A DNA stretch of 64,000 bases from Dehalococcoidia bacterium. Its GTDB lineage: Bacteria > Chloroflexota > Dehalococcoidia > Lucifugimonadales > Australimonadaceae. Shown here piece after piece: positions 9,152-18,413 of this stretch. How positions within the stretch are numbered: position 1 is the stretch's first letter; each line of letters begins with the position of its first letter. The stretch lies in contig DAOUHP010000079.1 of the NCBI GenBank assembly GCA_034428575.1, positions 1,163 to 65,162 of the forward strand. Reading direction: 5' to 3'. The position numbers and the translations under genes were made by a program. Below the pieces are notes generated by a model that made no database searches, was not told where the DNA came from, and saw only the letters and a list, made by a program, of their open reading frames with translations.

Positions 9152-10501
9152 TCAGGCGCTTCCGTTGTGCGCCTTGGTCATGGCGCCGTTTGTAGCCGCG
9201 CCGTTCGGGGCGGCACCGTTCTGGCCGGCCTCTACGGCAGCCTCCGCATCCGCCATGTAGCGGAACGAGAGGTCTTCGGCTTCGGTCCTGGGGATCGCTT
9301 CCACTTCCTCGGGACGCTTCATCCCGCGCGCCTGCAGGACCAGCCGCCGCCAGTACACCTGGTGCAGGTCGGTCGCGGACAGGTGCTCGGGCGTGTCGTA
9401 CCGCTGGGGGCTGACCGCCTTGAAGTCCTGGCTCGAGAAGTTGATGTACATCGCCCAGCGCCAGTAGACCCTGTGAAAGACCCGTTCATAGACCCGCCCG
9501 ATCCAGTTCTTCGGGCGCACAGCCTTGTAGTAGATCTGGCGCGACAGTTTCTCGGTCACGGGGATGCAGTTGCGCGTGTACAGGTCGGTCCGGTGGTCGC
9601 CGCGGTACATGCCGGGCAGGTGATGGCCGCTGGCCCACTCCTCCGGAGCGTCCCACGGCGGCAACTTCGCCACACGCTTCCTGTTGATGCTCCAGATCCA
9701 CGACCACCAGAGGCGGTAGCTATGCTTCGGCCACGTGGCGTCCAGCAGCGGGAAGTACTTCCGGTAGCTATTGCCGCCGGAGGACCTTCGTTTGTTGGGC
9801 GGTCCCCCTATGGCCACCACAGCCCTGCCGTTGACGATCTTCTGGCGGGAGCCGGTTGCGGAAGACCACATCATGGGGTTCTGCAGCTGACGGAAGGAGT
9901 TGCGGTGAACGTATGGCACGTGGGCGTCCCCGCCGTTCTCCAGCGCAAGGTTCCACTGGACGGGCCAGTACTCCGTGTGGAAGAGGACGGTCGTAATGTC
10001 GTCGAAGAACTCGGGCGGCACGTCTTCCTCGATAGGAGCAGGGTCCTCCTCACCCATCCACACGAACACCATCCCCTTGTGGGTCTGGGTTGGATACGCG
10101 CGGGCCTTGACCTTGCCGGGGACCTGGGAATCAGGCCCCTCGGGCAGCACGGCCAGCACGTTTCCGTCGCCGTCATAGGTCCACCCGTGGTACGGGCAGG
10201 AGATCGTTCCCTCATAGTGGCAGTCCCCGTGCATCAGGCTCCCGCCACGGTGGGGGCAGACGTTCCACAGCGCCTTCACCTGGCCGTCGCCGCCACGGAA
10301 GAAGACGAGGTCAACGCCGCAGATCTTGACCCCGACGGGCTTATTCTTCACCTTCTTGTCTTCCAGCGCCGGGTACCAGTACTCGATCAGGCCAAGGTCG
10401 GGAATGAGGGCCCGCATGTCGCTTGCCGACATGGGTCTGGGCCGTCGAGTCGCGCTGGACTCGTCGATAGGGTCTGCCGGTCGGTCTACCGTCTCAACCA
10501 T
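9152..10501 (-). CDS. Rieske [2Fe-2S] non-haem iron oxygenase (single-subunit type)
   Basis: Rieske motif CPHRGGSLMHGDCHYEGTISCPYHGW and mononuclear-iron motif ENGGDAHVPYVH. GGAGGG SD 5 nt before the ATG at 10501. Confidence 0.85.
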   Translation of the reverse strand: MVETVDRPADPIDESSATRRPRPMSASDMRALIPDLGLIEYWYPALEDKKVKNKPVGVKICGVDLVFFRGGDGQVKALWNVCPHRGGSLMHGDCHYEGTISCPYHGWTYDGDGNVLAVLPEGPDSQVPGKVKARAYPTQTHKGMVFVWMGEEDPAPIEEDVPPEFFDDITTVLFHTEYWPVQWNLALENGGDAHVPYVHRNSFRQLQNPMMWSSATGSRQKIVNGRAVVAIGGPPNKRRSSGGNSYRKYFPLLDATWPKHSYRLWWSWIWSINRKRVAKLPPWDAPEEWASGHHLPGMYRGDHRTDLYTRNCIPVTEKLSRQIYYKAVRPKNWIGRVYERVFHRVYWRWAMYINFSSQDFKAVSPQRYDTPEHLSATDLHQVYWRRLVLQARGMKRPEEVEAIPRTEAEDLSFRYMADAEAAVEAGQNGAAPNGAATNGAMTKAHNGSA

Positions 10502-10528
10502 GACTACCCTCCAACTCTTCGCTCGTCC

Positions 10529-11575
10529 TTACCTGAACAGTACAACAGCCTTGCTGGAATTGAAGATGTATGTCTCCGAATATGCAAGCACCTCGGGGAC
10601 CTGACCCTCCGTTGCGCCCGCAAGGCATACCCAGTTGAGTAACTCGTTCTGTCCCGATTCCCGGATCTGGCGAGGGTCCAGGTCCCGCCAGAGTCCTTGT
10701 CTGCCTTCCCGCAGCTCTTCATATCGACGCCGGTCCTCTTCGACGTCCGGGAACATGTAGTCGTTCTTGCTGGTGAGCGACGCATGGGACCAACTGGACG
10801 AGCCTATCAGCACCACTCTCCAGGGGCTCTCTTCCACGATACGGCGGACCGCCCTGCCCACGTCGAAACACCGCCAGGGGCTTGGCGAAGGCGGGGGCGT
10901 ATAGGGCATCTGCTCCTGAAGCCGTCCCACCTCAGTCCGCTCCCCGGAGCCGGGTATCCGCAGGTCGCTCCCATAGCAGTTCACGTGGAATGGGATGATG
11001 GGATACGGGAACCCCACGCGGTCTGCATCGAGATAGTCCACCGTCCGAAGGAACGCGTGGCCCAGCCGCTTGGCATGGAGCAGACCCCAGGCGCTAGGGA
11101 TATCGAACCCTTCGGCGATCAACTCCCGGACGATGTAGTCCGCCGCCTCACGATGACCCGTTATCAGGCGCTCGTGGTCCGGCCCCTCGTTCCAGATATT
11201 GGGCAGGCGCATGCCGCCGGCGCATACCAACTGGTCCAGCCCGAAGACGCAGAACGGAGGGAGGAGGTCCTCCTTGAAGTTCTCGTACTGGTCGTCCCCC
11301 CAGATCAGTACGAAATCGGGGGCGAACTCGTCTATGGCTGCACGGGCCGCACGAAAGCCTTCCAGAAGCGTGTTGCGGTGCCTGTTCGCCGCCGCCGCTC
11401 CCTCATCGTCGGCCCACTCTTCGCGCATGGGCGCGGGCCAATTCGCCCGATCCTTCCAGCGTTCGGGTGTCCGAGGGTCTGCAAGATTCCGTCGGAAGTA
11501 CACATCGGCCATCGTCTCATCGGTCATACCGACGTGTGGGCCGTGCGTACAACCGACCGCCAGCACTGCTCCCAT
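10529..11575 (-). CDS. LigB-family (class III) extradiol dioxygenase-like protein
   Basis: GCTHGPH, PDFVLIWGDDQYENFKEDLLPPFCVFG, IGSSSWSH and GQNELLNW align by hand with the LigB/MhpB core. The ATG at 11575 follows GGAAGGGAGTGGAGC. The upstream ATG at 11662 falls inside the predicted -35 box. Confidence 0.7.
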   Translation of the reverse strand: MGAVLAVGCTHGPHVGMTDETMADVYFRRNLADPRTPERWKDRANWPAPMREEWADDEGAAAANRHRNTLLEGFRAARAAIDEFAPDFVLIWGDDQYENFKEDLLPPFCVFGLDQLVCAGGMRLPNIWNEGPDHERLITGHREAADYIVRELIAEGFDIPSAWGLLHAKRLGHAFLRTVDYLDADRVGFPYPIIPFHVNCYGSDLRIPGSGERTEVGRLQEQMPYTPPPSPSPWRCFDVGRAVRRIVEESPWRVVLIGSSSWSHASLTSKNDYMFPDVEEDRRRYEELREGRQGLWRDLDPRQIRESGQNELLNWVCLAGATEGQVPEVLAYSETYIFNSSKAVVLFR

Positions 11576-11633
11576 GCTCCACTCCCTTCCTTCGGCGGAT
11601 ACAGCAGCACGCGAACAACTGCCCTCTACTGGA

Positions 11634-11662
11634 CTTATAGCGGATGGGTGTGGTTCGGTCAA
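11634..11662 (-). promoter_or_regulatory. Sigma-70-like promoter for the LigB-Rieske-bicupin-PanB-ABC operon
   Basis: Minus strand reads TTGACC-N17-TATAAG. It lies about 55 nt upstream of the ATG at 11575, in a 287-bp divergent intergenic region. Confidence 0.5.
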
Positions 11663-11861
11663 GTTGAGCGTCTTCTGAAGTGAAAAACGTGGACGCTTGT
11701 TCGGCCCATGTCGCTAATCGTAAGTGAAGGCGACGTTCATCACATTTCTCGGAGGCGACGCCACGCGAGCTTCCGTGTTCCCATCGGTCCTCCCTCCCTG
11801 CTCCAGAGCTCGGGCCCCACGGCAACCGGGAAACGGCGGTAGACTCCACAGCGAGGTAGCC

Positions 11862-13826
11862 GTGCACTTACTCTTGCGGACTGCGTTCACGAAAGCCGTC
11901 CTGCTCCTGAAACGGGCCGAGCCGCTCGACCTTGCTCTGGCGGCGGTGCTGGGGTCCTGGCTATCGTTTCAGGTCTCCCAGTTCTGGGTCTATTGGGACA
12001 GCCGCCTGTTCGTGAATATCCACGTGACTCTGGCGGCTGCAATGACCGCGACGGCGTTCATACAGGCGAAGCGCGGTCTACCCCGATGGCTTGTCGGTGT
12101 CCCAGCCCTCGCAATAGCGCTCTACACGGCGCTGTACTTCTCGCCCTACGGCGCGGCAGCAGGCGCGGAGTTGACGAGCAGCCGCGTCCCTTCCATGGTC
12201 GTAGGCGGACTACTGTTGGTGGTCGTGGTCGCCATGGTCTGGCGTGCCTTCGGGCCCACGCTTGCCCTGTTGGTGCCGGTGTTCACCCTGTACATGTTCC
12301 TCGGCAAGTTTGCTCCGGCGCCGCTCACCGTCCCTTCTTATGGCATAGAACGGATCTTCAATCGACTGACGCTGGGGGCGATCCATGGAGAGCTGACCTA
12401 CGAGGTCGCAAATTACCTTTGGCTTCTCATCTTCTGGGGGATACTGATCCAGGTGTCGGGAGCCGGGCGCTTCATCCGGCTCGTCGCTCAGCAACTGTCC
12501 CGCAAGCTCGCGACCGGGCCGGCGCTCGCAGCGGTCACCACGAGCGCACTCGTTGGCTCGTTCACCGGGACCGGCAGCGCCAACGTCATGGTTACGGGGT
12601 CGGTCACCATTCCACTCATGCAGCGCGCGGGTTACAGGCCTGTCGAGGCCGCAGCGATCGAGTCCGCAGCCTCAACCGCTGCGGCCATCACTCCGCCGGT
12701 GATGGGGATCGTGCCGTTCATCATGGCAGCCACGCTTGGCGTGCCGTATACGACCATCCTCAAGATGGTCTTGCTCATCGCAGTTATCTGGTACGTCTCG
12801 GTCATCATCTACATCCTGGTTGCGAGCGCCCGTCTCGACCTCAAACAGGCTGGCGGCGACGACGAGGCACCACCCATCCCGCTGGGCGAGGCGGTCCGGT
12901 CGGCGATGTTGATGATCGTTCCGGTGAGCACGCTCATCCTGTTGATCTTCCGGAACTGGCCCCTCGTGGACGCCGTGACCTGGGCTGCAGTGACGCTCGG
13001 AGTGCTCGCCATCGTGTTGCGGGTGGAGCGAAGCCCAGGCGTTTGGTGGGACGGCATAAAGCGGGCCGCAGTCACGGCGAGCGCATTCTCATTGGCGATC
13101 GTCGTCGTCCAATACGTCACCGAGATCCTGTTCTTCAGTACGTTGATCATCCGCGTCGGGGCGCTCGTAGATGTATTGGGCGCCGGCAGCCTCATCGTCG
13201 CGGGACTGATCGTGTTGGGCTTCGGCGTGCTCATAAGCGGTCCACTCCCGCCCCTCGCCGTGTATTTCGTTATGGTCATAGCCTTCCAGCCCGTGTTCTA
13301 CGAACTCGGCCTGCCCCCATCGATAACGGTATTCACAGCGTTCTATATCGGCGTGCTCGGCGCGATCACGCTCCCCATGGCCCCCAGCACGATGGTCGCG
13401 GCAGGGATCGCGAAAGCTCCGTTTCTGGAGACAGCACTCGAGACGATGAAAGTAGCCTCAGCGGCGTTCTTCATCCCTTTCCTGATCCTGCTTGCGCCGG
13501 AGTTGTTGCTCTCGGCGCCAGGAGTTGACCCGAGCTCACCGGGACGCATCGCGTTGGTGTTCGCGACGGCTATCGCCAGCCTTGGCGCGCTGTCTTTCGG
13601 CTTGATCGGATGGTTGCGCGGCCCGATCCGGCTGTGGGTCCGCATAGCCCTAGGAAGCGTGGCTCCGCTCATGATCGTGGCATTGCAGCAAGACTCCGAG
13701 TTGCTGCTGTGGTTCTGCCTGTTCACGGCGCTGGCGCTCATCGCCGCATCGAGCGGGTCTCTGCCGCCGTTCGGCAGGAAGACATCGCCGACCGCTCAGC
13801 GCGTAACGGGCGACAGGGGCGGATAG
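11862..13826 (+). CDS. TRAP transporter fused permease (4TM/12TM fusion type)
   Basis: Roughly 650 aa and highly hydrophobic. SANVMVTGSVTIPLMQRAGYRP and AAITPPVMG resemble DctM-type large subunits. The GTG at 11862 follows GAGG with a 5-nt spacer. The track start at 11724 is an alternative. Confidence 0.65.
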   Translation: MHLLLRTAFTKAVLLLKRAEPLDLALAAVLGSWLSFQVSQFWVYWDSRLFVNIHVTLAAAMTATAFIQAKRGLPRWLVGVPALAIALYTALYFSPYGAAAGAELTSSRVPSMVVGGLLLVVVVAMVWRAFGPTLALLVPVFTLYMFLGKFAPAPLTVPSYGIERIFNRLTLGAIHGELTYEVANYLWLLIFWGILIQVSGAGRFIRLVAQQLSRKLATGPALAAVTTSALVGSFTGTGSANVMVTGSVTIPLMQRAGYRPVEAAAIESAASTAAAITPPVMGIVPFIMAATLGVPYTTILKMVLLIAVIWYVSVIIYILVASARLDLKQAGGDDEAPPIPLGEAVRSAMLMIVPVSTLILLIFRNWPLVDAVTWAAVTLGVLAIVLRVERSPGVWWDGIKRAAVTASAFSLAIVVVQYVTEILFFSTLIIRVGALVDVLGAGSLIVAGLIVLGFGVLISGPLPPLAVYFVMVIAFQPVFYELGLPPSITVFTAFYIGVLGAITLPMAPSTMVAAGIAKAPFLETALETMKVASAAFFIPFLILLAPELLLSAPGVDPSSPGRIALVFATAIASLGALSFGLIGWLRGPIRLWVRIALGSVAPLMIVALQQDSELLLWFCLFTALALIAASSGSLPPFGRKTSPTAQRVTGDRGG

Positions 13827-14032
13827 GCCCGTCAACACACATCAAGGGGAATTCCGCGCGCTGGCGGCCCATCCAAACACGTGCGACGCTATTCGATCCG
13901 CAAGGCGCCTGACAGCGAGGTAGCAGGCAACAGTGTCGCAACGATTTACGCCGGCAAGACGTGCTTTTCAGCACGGATGCCGCAGTGTTTTTCGCTAATC
14001 ATTCCTAGGCTTCGGCGCATAGTAGGGATTGA

Positions 14033-14061
14033 TTGACATGTATCCAGCGCGAGCATACACT
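14033..14061 (+). promoter_or_regulatory. Sigma-70-like promoter for the amidohydrolase/binding-protein/Rieske gene array
   Basis: TTGACA-N17-TACACT, about 85 nt upstream of the ATG at 14145, in a 318-bp AT-richer gap. The palindrome GCGCGAG-N6-CTCGCGC (14047-14066) overlaps the -10 box. Confidence 0.5.
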
Positions 14062-14144
14062 CGCGCCGGGCGGCCACAGATTGATTGCCGTCCTTGCAGG
14101 GTATCGGTCGACTTGGAACGTGCATCGGGAGGAGGGCGGATCTC

Positions 14145-15197
14145 ATGTTCGACGCCGATGGCCACATCTTCGAAAAGAGTGCCGAGATCTTCGAGCACCT
14201 TGACGGGCCCTATAAGGGCCGCACCAACCTGATGCGAAGCTCCTTCTTCCCCGCCGGCGACGACTGGAACCGTACTGCGCTCGCCGTGGCGGGCGACTAC
14301 AAAGAGGGTTCGAACACCAAGCGAGGCGAAGAGGGCGCTCCCGACCAGTGGATCGAAGTACTGGATGCGTTGAACCTGGAAGGCACCGTCCTGTACCCCA
14401 CTGCGGGCATGACGCTTGGGATCATCAAGGACAAACCGTGGGCAACCACCCTCGCCCGGGCATACAACAACTGGCTGGACCAGAAGTTCCTCCAGGCGAG
14501 CCCCAGGCTCCGGGGTATGGCCCTCATCCCGACTGTGAGCCCGGTCGACTCGGCCGAGGAGATGCGGCGCGTTGCGGCTGAGATACCCGGCATGGCGGGC
14601 TTTTTCATCACCGCAGGCGTGCACCGGCCACTGGGTGACCCCTTCTATTACCCCATCTACGAAGCCGCGCAGGAACTCGACATCATGCTCGCCATACACG
14701 CGGGCGGTCCCGGGCACCGGCTTGACATGATGGACCGCGCAATCATGGCGCGGGCGCTTGGCCACCCCACGAGCCAGATGAACCAGCTCACCCATATGAT
14801 GTTCAGCGGGGTCTTCGACAAGTTCCCTGACGTGCGCTTCTCCTTCATGGAAGCGGGCATCGCGTGGGCGATCTTCACTATGGAACGCATGGAGGAGGCG
14901 TACGACCAGTGGTCGTACGAGGTCCCCGAACTGACGCGCCGACCCGCGGAGCACATGACCGGCGGACAGCTCTACTTCCACTGTGAGACAGACGAGGCCA
15001 TCCTTCCGTATGCGGTTAGTGTTCTGGGTGACCGACAACTGCTGTACGCCTCGGACTACCCCCACATCGCACCGGGAGAAGTGACAGTGAGACTACGCGA
15101 GATGCGAGAGCGCTCAGACCTCTCTGAGGAGACGAAGTCGCAGATCCTGGGCGAAAACGCGAAACGGCTGTACAAGCTCGACGACATCCTTACATGA
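14145..15197 (+). CDS. Amidohydrolase-2 family metal-dependent hydrolase/decarboxylase (ACMSD/LigW-like)
   Basis: N-terminal FDADGHIFE, central AIHAG and C-terminal YASDYPH motifs. GGGAGGAGGG upstream of the ATG. Paralogues at 19767 and 20837. Confidence 0.75.
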   Translation: MFDADGHIFEKSAEIFEHLDGPYKGRTNLMRSSFFPAGDDWNRTALAVAGDYKEGSNTKRGEEGAPDQWIEVLDALNLEGTVLYPTAGMTLGIIKDKPWATTLARAYNNWLDQKFLQASPRLRGMALIPTVSPVDSAEEMRRVAAEIPGMAGFFITAGVHRPLGDPFYYPIYEAAQELDIMLAIHAGGPGHRLDMMDRAIMARALGHPTSQMNQLTHMMFSGVFDKFPDVRFSFMEAGIAWAIFTMERMEEAYDQWSYEVPELTRRPAEHMTGGQLYFHCETDEAILPYAVSVLGDRQLLYASDYPHIAPGEVTVRLREMRERSDLSEETKSQILGENAKRLYKLDDILT

Positions 15198-15249
15198 CCC
15201 GCCTTCGGCCTCAGGGCCGGAGAACGAAACAAACCAAGAGGTAAGGAAC

Positions 15250-16488
15250 ATGCTGCGCTACACCAAGATAGGGAAAACACTCCTGTTCAGTATCCTGCTG
15301 GTGGCTATCGCTTCAGGCATAGTCGCGTGTGGGAGCGACGAACCCACGCCCACCAGCCCGCCCCCACCAACCGCCACGCCAGTGCCCGCGGCCCCGCCAA
15401 CCCCCACGCCGGTGCCTGCCGCCCCCAGCCAACCAGACCCCACGCCGACCCCAGCCACACCGGCATGGGAGGCCGAGTGGGAGGAGACCGTGGCGGCCGC
15501 CGAGCAGGAAGGTGAGGTCGTTGTGATCGTTCCTCCTTCCGAGGCACGACAGGAGTCGGTAGAACTGTTCCGTGAGAAGTACCCCAACATCGAACTCATT
15601 ACTGAACCCGGACACATCCGCAACTTCGGTCAGTCAGTCGCGCAAGAGCAGGATGCGGGCATCTACCAGTACGACGCCTGCTACGGCTGTGTGGGCACCA
15701 CGGTGTACAACCAGTGGCTGCCTTTCGACAGGGTAGTCAACATCCGCGAGCAACTCATCCTCCCGGAGGTCGTCGACGAGAGCAAGTGGCTGGGCGGCTG
15801 GGACCTGGCGTTCGCAGACACCAACAACACGCACATGTTCGGGTTCGTCGCGAACCGCGGCCAACCGTCGCTTTACGTGGACCGTTCGGTCATCCCCGAG
15901 TCCGAACTCCCGGCATCGATCAGCCTGGCGGAACTGGCCAACCCGAAGTGGAAGGGCATGCTCACCTGGAACAATCCCACCGCGCCAGGCGGGGGCAGCA
16001 CGATTCCGGCTGCATTGATCGTGTACGGATATGAGGAGGAGCTCCGGTCTATCTTCCCGGGGCAGGAGTTCCTGATCTCATCGAGCAACCAGGAAACCAC
16101 GGAGTTCCTGGTGCGCGGCAAGACGCCGATGGCGATCGGCATCGACAGGGCTGTCCTCATCGAGTTCCAGAGCCAAGGGGTGGGAGAGCAGATCGTGGGC
16201 GTCCCCTTCACAGAGTTCGTTCAGGAGTCCTACGGGTTCGGAGTACTGACGGTGCTCAAGAACGCTCCCAACCCCAACGCCGCCAAGGTGTTCGTCAACT
16301 GGATGCTCACCCAGGAGGCCCAGGCGAACCACTCGGCTATCACGTTGGACGCCAGCCGCCGGACTGACGTCGAATCGGCGTCGTCTGCAGACCTGGCGCC
16401 CGGGCAGGCGGTGCTGAACATGCAGTTGGAGGTCAACAACGTCCACCGGACCAGGTCGCAGGCGCTGGTCGCGGAGTTGCTGAACTAG
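15250..16488 (+). CDS. ABC transporter substrate-binding lipoprotein
   Basis: Signal peptide and lipobox (SGIVAC), a long Pro/Thr linker, then a family-1 binding-protein body. GAGGT SD. Confidence 0.8.
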   Translation: MLRYTKIGKTLLFSILLVAIASGIVACGSDEPTPTSPPPPTATPVPAAPPTPTPVPAAPSQPDPTPTPATPAWEAEWEETVAAAEQEGEVVVIVPPSEARQESVELFREKYPNIELITEPGHIRNFGQSVAQEQDAGIYQYDACYGCVGTTVYNQWLPFDRVVNIREQLILPEVVDESKWLGGWDLAFADTNNTHMFGFVANRGQPSLYVDRSVIPESELPASISLAELANPKWKGMLTWNNPTAPGGGSTIPAALIVYGYEEELRSIFPGQEFLISSSNQETTEFLVRGKTPMAIGIDRAVLIEFQSQGVGEQIVGVPFTEFVQESYGFGVLTVLKNAPNPNAAKVFVNWMLTQEAQANHSAITLDASRRTDVESASSADLAPGQAVLNMQLEVNNVHRTRSQALVAELLN

Positions 16489-16532
16489 ACAAAGAGGGGT
16501 GCCTCAGCGGCATGGACAGGCCAGCTTACGCG

Positions 16533-16568
16533 CGAGCCCAGGAGGATAGAAAGGTCCTCTTGGGCTCG
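16533..16568 (+). other. Stem-loop after the binding-protein gene
   Basis: 14-bp stem cgagcccaggagga / tcctcttgggctcg with one G-U pair and an 8-nt loop, 45 nt after the stop codon. Confidence 0.5.
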
Positions 16569-16606
16569 TGCGCCTTGTGCTGAGGGTTACGGACAGGAGG
16601 ACGTCC

Positions 16607-17878
16607 ATGACAGTCCACATGAGGAGTCCCTTTGCAAGTCTGGTCATGGGCGACCAGGTGGATAGCAGCGTCTACACGTCACCTGAGGTATTCGAGCAGG
16701 AACTGCAGCGCATCTTCGGTCGAACCTGGATATTCATCGGTCACGCCAGCGAAGTCCCAAACCCAGGCGACTTCAAGGCCGTTCAAGTCGGACGGTGGCC
16801 GCTTCTCATGACTCGCCACTCCGATGGTTTCGTCCGCGTGCTCTTCAACGTGTGCAGACACCGCGGCTCGAAGGTCTGCTACGAGGCCTTCGGCAACACG
16901 AACTCATTCATGTGCATGTACCACGGCTGGACGTACGACACGGCAGGCAGGCTGAATGCCGTCCCGATGCTCGACCACATGAACGACCTCGACATCAACT
17001 CATACGGGCTGGTGAACGTCGCCCGCGTCGAGACCCACAGGGACTTCGTGTTTGCCAGCCTCAGTCCCGAGGGACCCACGCTGGCCGAGCATCTGGGGAA
17101 GGGCGCCTACTACCTGGATGTGATGACCGACCGCGCGCTGGACCGTGAGATCATAGCGACCAGGCCTCTCCGCTACGAGTACGACGGCAACTGGAAGCTT
17201 CAGTTCGAGAACTACTGTGACAACTATCACCCCTGGTTCCTGCACAACAGCGCCATCATGGTGGGCGTGCAGATGATGAAAGAGAAGTACGGCGACATCT
17301 TCGCCAGTCAGCGCCGTTCAGACGCTGTCGCCATCGAGCGCTCATTCGGCGCGGCGCACTCCATGGCGGACTTCGCCGGCACACGGGGTGCGATGTGGAT
17401 GGACGCCTATTCAGCGGACCCCACCTACCTCGAAGCGCTGGAACGGCGTGACGGGCCGGAGCGCGCCAGGGAGTTGCTGGAACTCGACTGGCACATCATG
17501 ATCTACCCCAACCTGCTGCTGCATACGCGGCTCAATCACTACCGGGTCATCAATCCGGTGTCCGTGGACCACACCGAGGTGACCGCGTATGCCTGCAAAC
17601 TGGGTGGGGCCTCGGATCTCGTGAACGATCGGCTGGTGAAGCACACCGCCCACCACGTCTCCGCGCTCGGCGAGATCCAGGTAGACGACATGCAGGCGTT
17701 CAATTGGGTGCAGAAGGGCCTGACGTCAGGCGCTGTGGACCGAGTTAACTTCAAGTTGCGAGGCGACAACGAGCACTGGAACGACGACGGCGAGTACGAG
17801 TGGACCGGCTCGAGTGAAACGATGATGCGCTTCCAGTACCAGGAGTGGGCCCGGTTGATGTCGGACGAAGCGCGCTAG
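16607..17878 (+). CDS. Rieske ring-hydroxylating oxygenase, alpha subunit (copy 1)
   Basis: CRHRGSKVC...CMYHGWTY Rieske motif and ENYCDNYHPWFLH iron motif. AGGAGG lies 6 nt before the ATG at 16607. A beta subunit gene follows. Confidence 0.9.
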   Translation: MTVHMRSPFASLVMGDQVDSSVYTSPEVFEQELQRIFGRTWIFIGHASEVPNPGDFKAVQVGRWPLLMTRHSDGFVRVLFNVCRHRGSKVCYEAFGNTNSFMCMYHGWTYDTAGRLNAVPMLDHMNDLDINSYGLVNVARVETHRDFVFASLSPEGPTLAEHLGKGAYYLDVMTDRALDREIIATRPLRYEYDGNWKLQFENYCDNYHPWFLHNSAIMVGVQMMKEKYGDIFASQRRSDAVAIERSFGAAHSMADFAGTRGAMWMDAYSADPTYLEALERRDGPERARELLELDWHIMIYPNLLLHTRLNHYRVINPVSVDHTEVTAYACKLGGASDLVNDRLVKHTAHHVSALGEIQVDDMQAFNWVQKGLTSGAVDRVNFKLRGDNEHWNDDGEYEWTGSSETMMRFQYQEWARLMSDEAR

Positions 17879-17886
17879 GGAGCATC

Positions 17887-18366
17887 ATGGTTGTCAGCCG
17901 CGATCTGCAGCACGAGGTGGAGCAGTTCCTCTTTCAGGAGGCGGAACTCCTGGAGAACAGGCGGTTCGATGAGTGGCTCGACCTGCTGACGAGGGATGTC
18001 GTCTACTGGGTCCCGAATATCCGGGAGGACAGCGACATCAGCGACGAAGCGATGATCTCGTACGAAGGCTACGACGAGCTCCGTGCACGCACGGTGAGGC
18101 TGCAGCACCCCCTTAACCCAACGCAGAAGCCGCCGCCGCGCACACGTCACTTCATCACCAATGTCTCGGTGGAGCCCGGCGACGAGGGTGAGTTACACGT
18201 GCGCTGCAACCTGTTGCTATACGTGTCGAAGGACGGAAAAGTAGTGCACCATCCGGGAACGAGCGAATACCTGCTCCGGGAGGAAAACGGCGCCTGGCGC
18301 ATCGCTTCCAAGAAGGTGTACCTGATCACCAACGACCTGCCGCTGACCCAGTTGCCCATCATGTAG
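17887..18366 (+). CDS. Rieske ring-hydroxylating oxygenase, beta subunit (NTF2-like)
   Basis: About 160 aa. QHEVEQFLFQEAELLENRRFDEWLDLL is a typical beta-subunit N-terminus. GGGAG SD. Starts 9 nt after the alpha stop. Confidence 0.85.
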   Translation: MVVSRDLQHEVEQFLFQEAELLENRRFDEWLDLLTRDVVYWVPNIREDSDISDEAMISYEGYDELRARTVRLQHPLNPTQKPPPRTRHFITNVSVEPGDEGELHVRCNLLLYVSKDGKVVHHPGTSEYLLREENGAWRIASKKVYLITNDLPLTQLPIM

Positions 18367-18413
18367 GGCGAGCACCTGCGCACGGTTGCGCAGGGATTCG
18401 AATCGAGGGTGTC

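Noticed and set aside
8183-10642. 819-aa plus-strand ORF, the longest in the track
   Set aside because: It is entirely antisense to the bicupin and Rieske oxygenase genes, which carry clear motifs. Its composition is Arg/Pro/Gly/Val-rich with no recognisable domain. This is a typical shadow ORF of a high-GC genome.
15330-15480. Possible tandem DNA repeat or CRISPR-like periodicity in ccc-acg-cc-rich tracts (also near 6900-6970, 29690-29770 and 43560-43610)
   Set aside because: These are coding low-complexity Pro/Thr linkers of the four lipoproteins. They are imperfect and in frame, with no repeat-spacer structure and no cas genes.
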